Shown in pieces: positions 59,524 to 64,000 of a stretch of DNA of 64,000 bases. The first letter of the stretch is position 1, and every line of letters begins with the position of its first letter. The stretch comes from a bacterium. Its GTDB lineage: Bacteria > UBA8248. The stretch is taken from NCBI GenBank assembly GCA_965203325.1, contig OZ241875.1, positions 4,160,001 through 4,224,000 of the forward strand, given 5' to 3'. Position numbers and translations under genes: made by a program. Under the pieces are notes generated by a model. That model ran no database searches, was not told the origin of the DNA, and saw only the letters and a list, made by a program, of their open reading frames with translations.

Positions 59524-60516
59524 CTAGGAGTCCATCAACTCCCTGCATTTTTCCGTGAGAGCGGGGATGACTTTCTTGTAGTCGCCCACGATGCCGTAGC
59601 GCGCGCGCTGGAAGATGGGCGCTTCGGCGTCCGTGTTGATGGCCACGATGTTCTTGCTCGGCCCCGCCCCGACCATGTGCTGCATGGCGCCTGATATACC
59701 GACGGCGATATAGAGATTGGGGCTCACGATCTTGCCCGTCTGGCCCACCTGCATGGGTGTCGGCACCCAGCCGGCGTCGACGGCGGCGCGGCTCGCGCCC
59801 ACGGCTGCTTTGAGAACTTGGGCGAGATCCTGGAGGTATTCGAAATTCTCCGGCCCGCCCAAACCGCGTCCGCCGCTCACGACGATTTCCGCGTCTTCCA
59901 GACGCACGCCCTCTGCTTCCACCTTTTTCGCCTCCACGAAATTCATGCGAATCTCATCTGCATCCACGGAAACGCCGATTTCCATGAACTCGCCCTCGCG
60001 GCCCTCTTCGATGTCGGCCAGCGGCAGGGCTTTCGCGCGCGTGGATGCGATGGAGAGGGAATCCGTTTTCGAGCGGACATGGCTGATGGCGCTGCCCCCG
60101 TGCACCGGGCGAACGGCGGCGAGCTTCCCCTCCTCAATCGAGAGGTCCGTGCAGTCGTGCGCGTAGCTGGCCCCGTGCCGGAAGGCGAGCCGGGGCGCCA
60201 CGTCCCGCCCCATGGAGGTATTGGCGACGAGGAAGATGTTCGGGTTCTCTTCTCCGATGACGGCGTCGATGACTTTGAGATACGCCGCATTGGTGTAGCC
60301 TTCGAGAATATCCGATTCAGCCGACAGCACCTTATCGGTTCCCAGGGCGATGAGCCCTTTCGCCAGTTCATGCGTGCCCGCTCCGCCGAGGAGGAGAGCG
60401 ACCAGGGAGCCTCCTTTTTCATCGGCGAGTTTTCGGCCGATACCGCAAAGCTCACTGCTTACGAGCGCCAGCTTGTCCCCTGCGCGCTCGGCTAAAACGA
60501 GAACGTTGTTCGACAT
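59524..60516 (-). CDS. etfA: Electron transfer flavoprotein alpha subunit
   Basis: [33 protein letters not shown]. Confidence 0.96.
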   Translation of the reverse strand: MSNNVLVLAERAGDKLALVSSELCGIGRKLADEKGGSLVALLLGGAGTHELAKGLIALGTDKVLSAESDILEGYTNAAYLKVIDAVIGEENPNIFLVANTSMGRDVAPRLAFRHGASYAHDCTDLSIEEGKLAAVRPVHGGSAISHVRSKTDSLSIASTRAKALPLADIEEGREGEFMEIGVSVDADEIRMNFVEAKKVEAEGVRLEDAEIVVSGGRGLGGPENFEYLQDLAQVLKAAVGASRAAVDAGWVPTPMQVGQTGKIVSPNLYIAVGISGAMQHMVGAGPSKNIVAINTDAEAPIFQRARYGIVGDYKKVIPALTEKCRELMDS

Positions 60517-60534
60517 GATGTTGTTCTTTCTCCC

Positions 60535-61335
60535 TTAAATAATTTTATCTTCACGAAGGCGTAGGGCCAGAGCGCCGGCTGCTTCTTCGAGTGATTCGCC
60601 TTCGATGAATTCGCAGTTCCCGTCAAAAACGGGCTTGTAGAATTTGGTGACTTCAAAAGTGGCCGCCCCGTTTCCGACCGAAGCGGGGTCGATTCCGATG
60701 TCCGGCACGCCCCAGACGGGGATCTGCTTGCGCGACGCCATGAGAATGCCTTTCACCGAGGGCAGGCGAGGGGTGTTGATCTCGTTGCTGGCGGTGAGCA
60801 GGCACGGGGTCGATACTTCGACGACCTCCACGCCGTCCTCCAGGGCGCGTTCACACCGGATCCCTGAGTCCGTCTTCTCCACTTTCTGTAGCTGGCTTAC
60901 GCTGGGCAGTTCGAGCGCTTCGGCGAGGGCGAGGGCGGTGGTTCCGTAACTCCAATCGCTGCTCAACCTGCCGCAAAAGATGACGTCAAAACCGTCGATC
61001 TTTTGAATCGCGCCCGCCAGAATCCGCGCGATGGCGAAGGCGTCGGAACCCTCGAAAGCATCGTCCTGGAGCAAAATGGCTTCATCGCATCCCATGGCCA
61101 GGCATTTTTTGAGACCGTCCCTGGCTTTTTCGTCGCCCATCGTCACGACGATGACTTTTCCGCCATGCTCTTCCTTGAGGTTGATGGCCGCTTCGACGGC
61201 GTTTTCGCAAAAGCCGTTGATGACGGGCGATACGTTTGCGGGCGGGATGACATCCATCTTCTCCTCATCGACCTTGAAATCGCGGGGAGGAATGTCGGGG
61301 TCTTGTACTTGCTTGATGCAGACGATGATATCCAA
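60535..61335 (-). CDS. etfB: Electron transfer flavoprotein beta subunit
   Basis: IIVCIKQVQD, LAMGCD, INTPRLPS. Confidence 0.94.
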   Translation of the reverse strand: MDIIVCIKQVQDPDIPPRDFKVDEEKMDVIPPANVSPVINGFCENAVEAAINLKEEHGGKVIVVTMGDEKARDGLKKCLAMGCDEAILLQDDAFEGSDAFAIARILAGAIQKIDGFDVIFCGRLSSDWSYGTTALALAEALELPSVSQLQKVEKTDSGIRCERALEDGVEVVEVSTPCLLTASNEINTPRLPSVKGILMASRKQIPVWGVPDIGIDPASVGNGAATFEVTKFYKPVFDGNCEFIEGESLEEAAGALALRLREDKII

Positions 61336-61643
61336 AGGGTTGATTCTCCTTGTTGATGCCGGTTCGAATCCGTCATGGTTGTTTGAGGTGCTCGGATGTG
61401 TTGTGAATCAACAAAACGAGACGCCTAAAAATAATGAGATGGAGTCGATGCGTCAACCGAGAAAGGCGTTTTTCCCGATTTTGCCCGCCTCCCCGGCACG
61501 CGCTCCCAAAGCGGTTCGTCCTTTCATGTTTGACAGGCAAAAAAATCCGCGCGATAAGATGAAAACGCTCCGGTATGAGGGCGAAACATTCCGACGGACG
61601 ATTTTTCAGCGCGTTTCCGGTTTTGGATTAGAGGGTCCTTTCT

Positions 61644-62735
61644 ATGTCAGAAGCAACAGAAGCCCAGATTCTAGAGGCTCTGAAGAAAGTGCGAGACCCC
61701 GAGGTCGGAAAAGACCTGGTGAGTCTCAACATGATCAAGGATGTCCAGATTTGTGGAGATTCGGTCGCCTTTACACTGCAGTTGACCACACCTGCGCATC
61801 CGCGCAAGGAAGAGTTCGAGCAGGAGTGCAAGCTGGCGGTCGGCTCTTTGGAGAACGTGAATTCGGTGAACGTCCGGGTGACGAGCCACGTCACCGCGCG
61901 GCCATCGATGGCTGGCAAAATGGACGTCGTTGGTGTGAAGAACATCATCGCCATAGCGAGCGGGAAGGGCGGCGTGGGTAAATCGACCGTGGCGGTGAAC
62001 GTTGCGCTCGCCCTGAGCCGGGAAGGCGCGAAGGTGGGGGTGCTCGACGCGGACATTTACGGGCCGAGCCAGCCCCTGATGCTCGGAATCCCCGCAGCGC
62101 GGCCCATCGCCGAGGAGGGGAACAAGATACGGCCCCTGGAAGCTCATGGGCTCAAAGTCATGTCGATGGGGTTTCTCGTCGATGAGGACAGCCCCGTCAT
62201 CTGGCGCGGTCCCATGGTCATGCGGGCGCTCGTGCAGTTTTTGAGCGAGACGATATGGGGAGAACTCGACTATCTCGTCCTGGACCTGCCCCCCGGCACC
62301 GGCGACGCGCAACTGACCATCGTCCAGCAGGTTTCTCTGGCGGGCGCCGTCATCGTCAGCACGCCGCAGGACATCGCTCTTCTCGATGCGCGCAAGGGTC
62401 TGCAGATGTTCCGGAAAACCGACGTGCCCATTCTCGGGATCATCGAAAACATGAGCTACTACGTGTGCCCCGAATGCGGGCATCGCGAGAACATCTTCGA
62501 CACGGGAGGTGGAGAGAAGGCCTCCCAGCGCTATGAAGTCCCGTTCCTGGGCGCCGTTCCACTCGACATCAAGGTGAGGCTGGGGGGAGACTTCGGCGTT
62601 CCCGTCGTCGCAGGAGAACCCGATCATCCAACGGCCAAGGCGTTTCGAGAGGCGGCGAGAAAAGTGGCCGAGCAGGTGGCCATCGCCAACGCCTCGGGGC
62701 CCATATCGGTGCCGGAACTCAAGATCATCGGGTAA
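61644..62735 (+). CDS. mrp: Mrp/NBP35 (ApbC) Fe-S cluster carrier ATPase
   Basis: N-terminal FeS-assembly domain, SGKGGVGKST, DADIYGPS, WRGPM, DLPPGTGD, ENMS...CPEC. Confidence 0.95.
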   Translation: MSEATEAQILEALKKVRDPEVGKDLVSLNMIKDVQICGDSVAFTLQLTTPAHPRKEEFEQECKLAVGSLENVNSVNVRVTSHVTARPSMAGKMDVVGVKNIIAIASGKGGVGKSTVAVNVALALSREGAKVGVLDADIYGPSQPLMLGIPAARPIAEEGNKIRPLEAHGLKVMSMGFLVDEDSPVIWRGPMVMRALVQFLSETIWGELDYLVLDLPPGTGDAQLTIVQQVSLAGAVIVSTPQDIALLDARKGLQMFRKTDVPILGIIENMSYYVCPECGHRENIFDTGGGEKASQRYEVPFLGAVPLDIKVRLGGDFGVPVVAGEPDHPTAKAFREAARKVAEQVAIANASGPISVPELKIIG

Positions 62736-62904
62736 TAATGTGAATCATGTCGGAAGCCGCCCGCGCGGGCAGTTCGGGTACGACATTCCACTCTTGTCCT
62801 GTGAATTATATTTAAGCCCCTAGGCAGCTTTTTTGTGGGTGTGCGGTTTCTCTCCAGCGAGGCACGCAGGCGGTTTTTCATAAGTTTATAAGAGGATTAA
62901 CGTC

Positions 62905-63852
62905 ATGGCGAAAGTAGTCCTAATCGACCCGCTTTATTCGACGCCTGCGTGGAACGTGGCTTCCGACTGGCTGGGCGCGGAGCACGAGGTCGTCGCTCCG
63001 GCAGAATATACCCCGGAGGCCATCGAGCCGCTGCTGCCGGATTCGGAGGGCATTCTCACCGTGTTCCGGCCCGTTTCGCCCGAGATGATGGACATGGCGC
63101 CGAATCTCAAGGTGGTGGCCAAACCGGGTGCGGGCGTGGACAACATCGACGTCGATGCGGCGAACGAGCGCGGCGTCATGGTGTGCAACGTCGAGGGCGT
63201 GCGGGGGCGCTCGGTCGCGGAACACGCCTTTTTCATGGCGCTGTATCTCGCGCGTCACGCCTGGATGCGCGATGAGCAGGAAACCTGGGAGCACGTGCCT
63301 GCGGTGCAACTGGGCGGCAAATCGCTCGGTATCGTGGGGCTCGGGGATATCGGCAGGAGAGCAGCGCGCATCGGTCATGGTTTCGGCATGGAGTTGCTCA
63401 TCAACACGCGGACGGAGGATCCCTCCTACGTGCCCGAGGCGAAGCTGGAGTTCACCTCTTTCGACGCGCTTTTGCCGCGTGCCGATTTCCTGATCTTGTG
63501 CATGCCCCTGGCGCCCGAGATGCGGGGCATCATGAACAGGGCGAATCTCTTGAAAATGAAGCCGGACGCCATTCTCATCAACGTTTCGAGAGGCCCCGCC
63601 GTGGTGAGCGACGATCTTCTGGAGGTGATGCGCGGCGGCCATCTCGCGGGCGCAGGGCTCGATGTCACCGATCCCGAGCCTTTGCCGAAAGACCATGGCC
63701 TGTGGGGGCTCGAGAACGTCATCATCAGCCCGCACCACGCTTCCCGGACACCCGAGACGCAGGTCGCCGCCATGGATCGCACCGCAGAGAACATGCGCCT
63801 GGCTTTAGGCGGCCAAAGACCCGTGAACATCGTGAATCCCGGGGTCATGTAA
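62905..63852 (+). CDS. D-isomer specific 2-hydroxyacid dehydrogenase
   Basis: GAGVDNID, GLGDIG, NVSRG, DVTDPEP, SPH. Confidence 0.92.
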   Translation: MAKVVLIDPLYSTPAWNVASDWLGAEHEVVAPAEYTPEAIEPLLPDSEGILTVFRPVSPEMMDMAPNLKVVAKPGAGVDNIDVDAANERGVMVCNVEGVRGRSVAEHAFFMALYLARHAWMRDEQETWEHVPAVQLGGKSLGIVGLGDIGRRAARIGHGFGMELLINTRTEDPSYVPEAKLEFTSFDALLPRADFLILCMPLAPEMRGIMNRANLLKMKPDAILINVSRGPAVVSDDLLEVMRGGHLAGAGLDVTDPEPLPKDHGLWGLENVIISPHHASRTPETQVAAMDRTAENMRLALGGQRPVNIVNPGVM

Positions 63853-63904
63853 GCGATTCCCCAAGCCGGACAGGCCGATGGAGGCCGGCCGGGTCGGAGT
63901 ATGA

Positions 63905-64000
63905 ATGCCGTTTGAATTGGTTGCCCTGAGCCCGGCCATCTTCTTCGCCCTCTCGAGCATCATGACCAGGAGGGGGCTGGACGGCAGCACGCCGCACACG
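63905..64000 (+). CDS. DMT/EamA family transporter (5' part, runs off the window)
   Basis: MPFELVALSPAIFFALSSIMTRRGLDGSTPHT, similar to the N-terminus of 47965..48825; GGAG RBS. Confidence 0.6.
   Translation, partial: MPFELVALSPAIFFALSSIMTRRGLDGSTPHT

Overview
High-GC bacterial chromosomal window, mostly housekeeping and catabolic genes. The gene set (atpZIBE next to rex, DapL-type lysine pathway, larEBC, many orphan oxidoreductases) suggests a Deltaproteobacteria/Nitrospinota/Tectomicrobia-like lineage; this is inference only. In order: tsaB (partial), rex, Fo genes, katG, MFS, argH-lptM-lysA-dapF, an ECF sigma/anti-sigma/Spy cluster, dapB, a cupin, a membrane-anchored ferredoxin fusion, an AT-rich island, dapL-folK-panC, a TPR-TPR-ExbB-ExbD-TonB operon, larEBC with a ThiS/MoaD carrier, hisC, HU, DEAD helicase, LLM, DinB, a deiodinase-like selenoprotein, a dehalogenase-family hydrolase, a SprT-like protease, further catabolic enzymes, msrP, CBS/CGL, pgk, an XRE-S24 repressor, etfBA and mrp. 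Intergenic regions carry many GTAG-type REP palindromes and MITE-like ends. I saw no rRNA, tRNA, CRISPR array or intact transposase. Top findings: (1) an AT-rich two-gene island encoding an unannotated secreted Cys-rich peptide and a lipoprotein that by eye resembles bacterial gasdermins; (2) a UGA-recoded deiodinase-like selenoprotein with a SECIS hairpin, near a dehalogenase-family gene; (3) a 7Fe ferredoxin fused to a TM helix and an unknown exported domain; (4) a SprT-like protease with a C-terminal beta-clamp motif whose 3' end is duplicated around an inserted gene. All assignments are from motif recognition by eye, with no database searches run.
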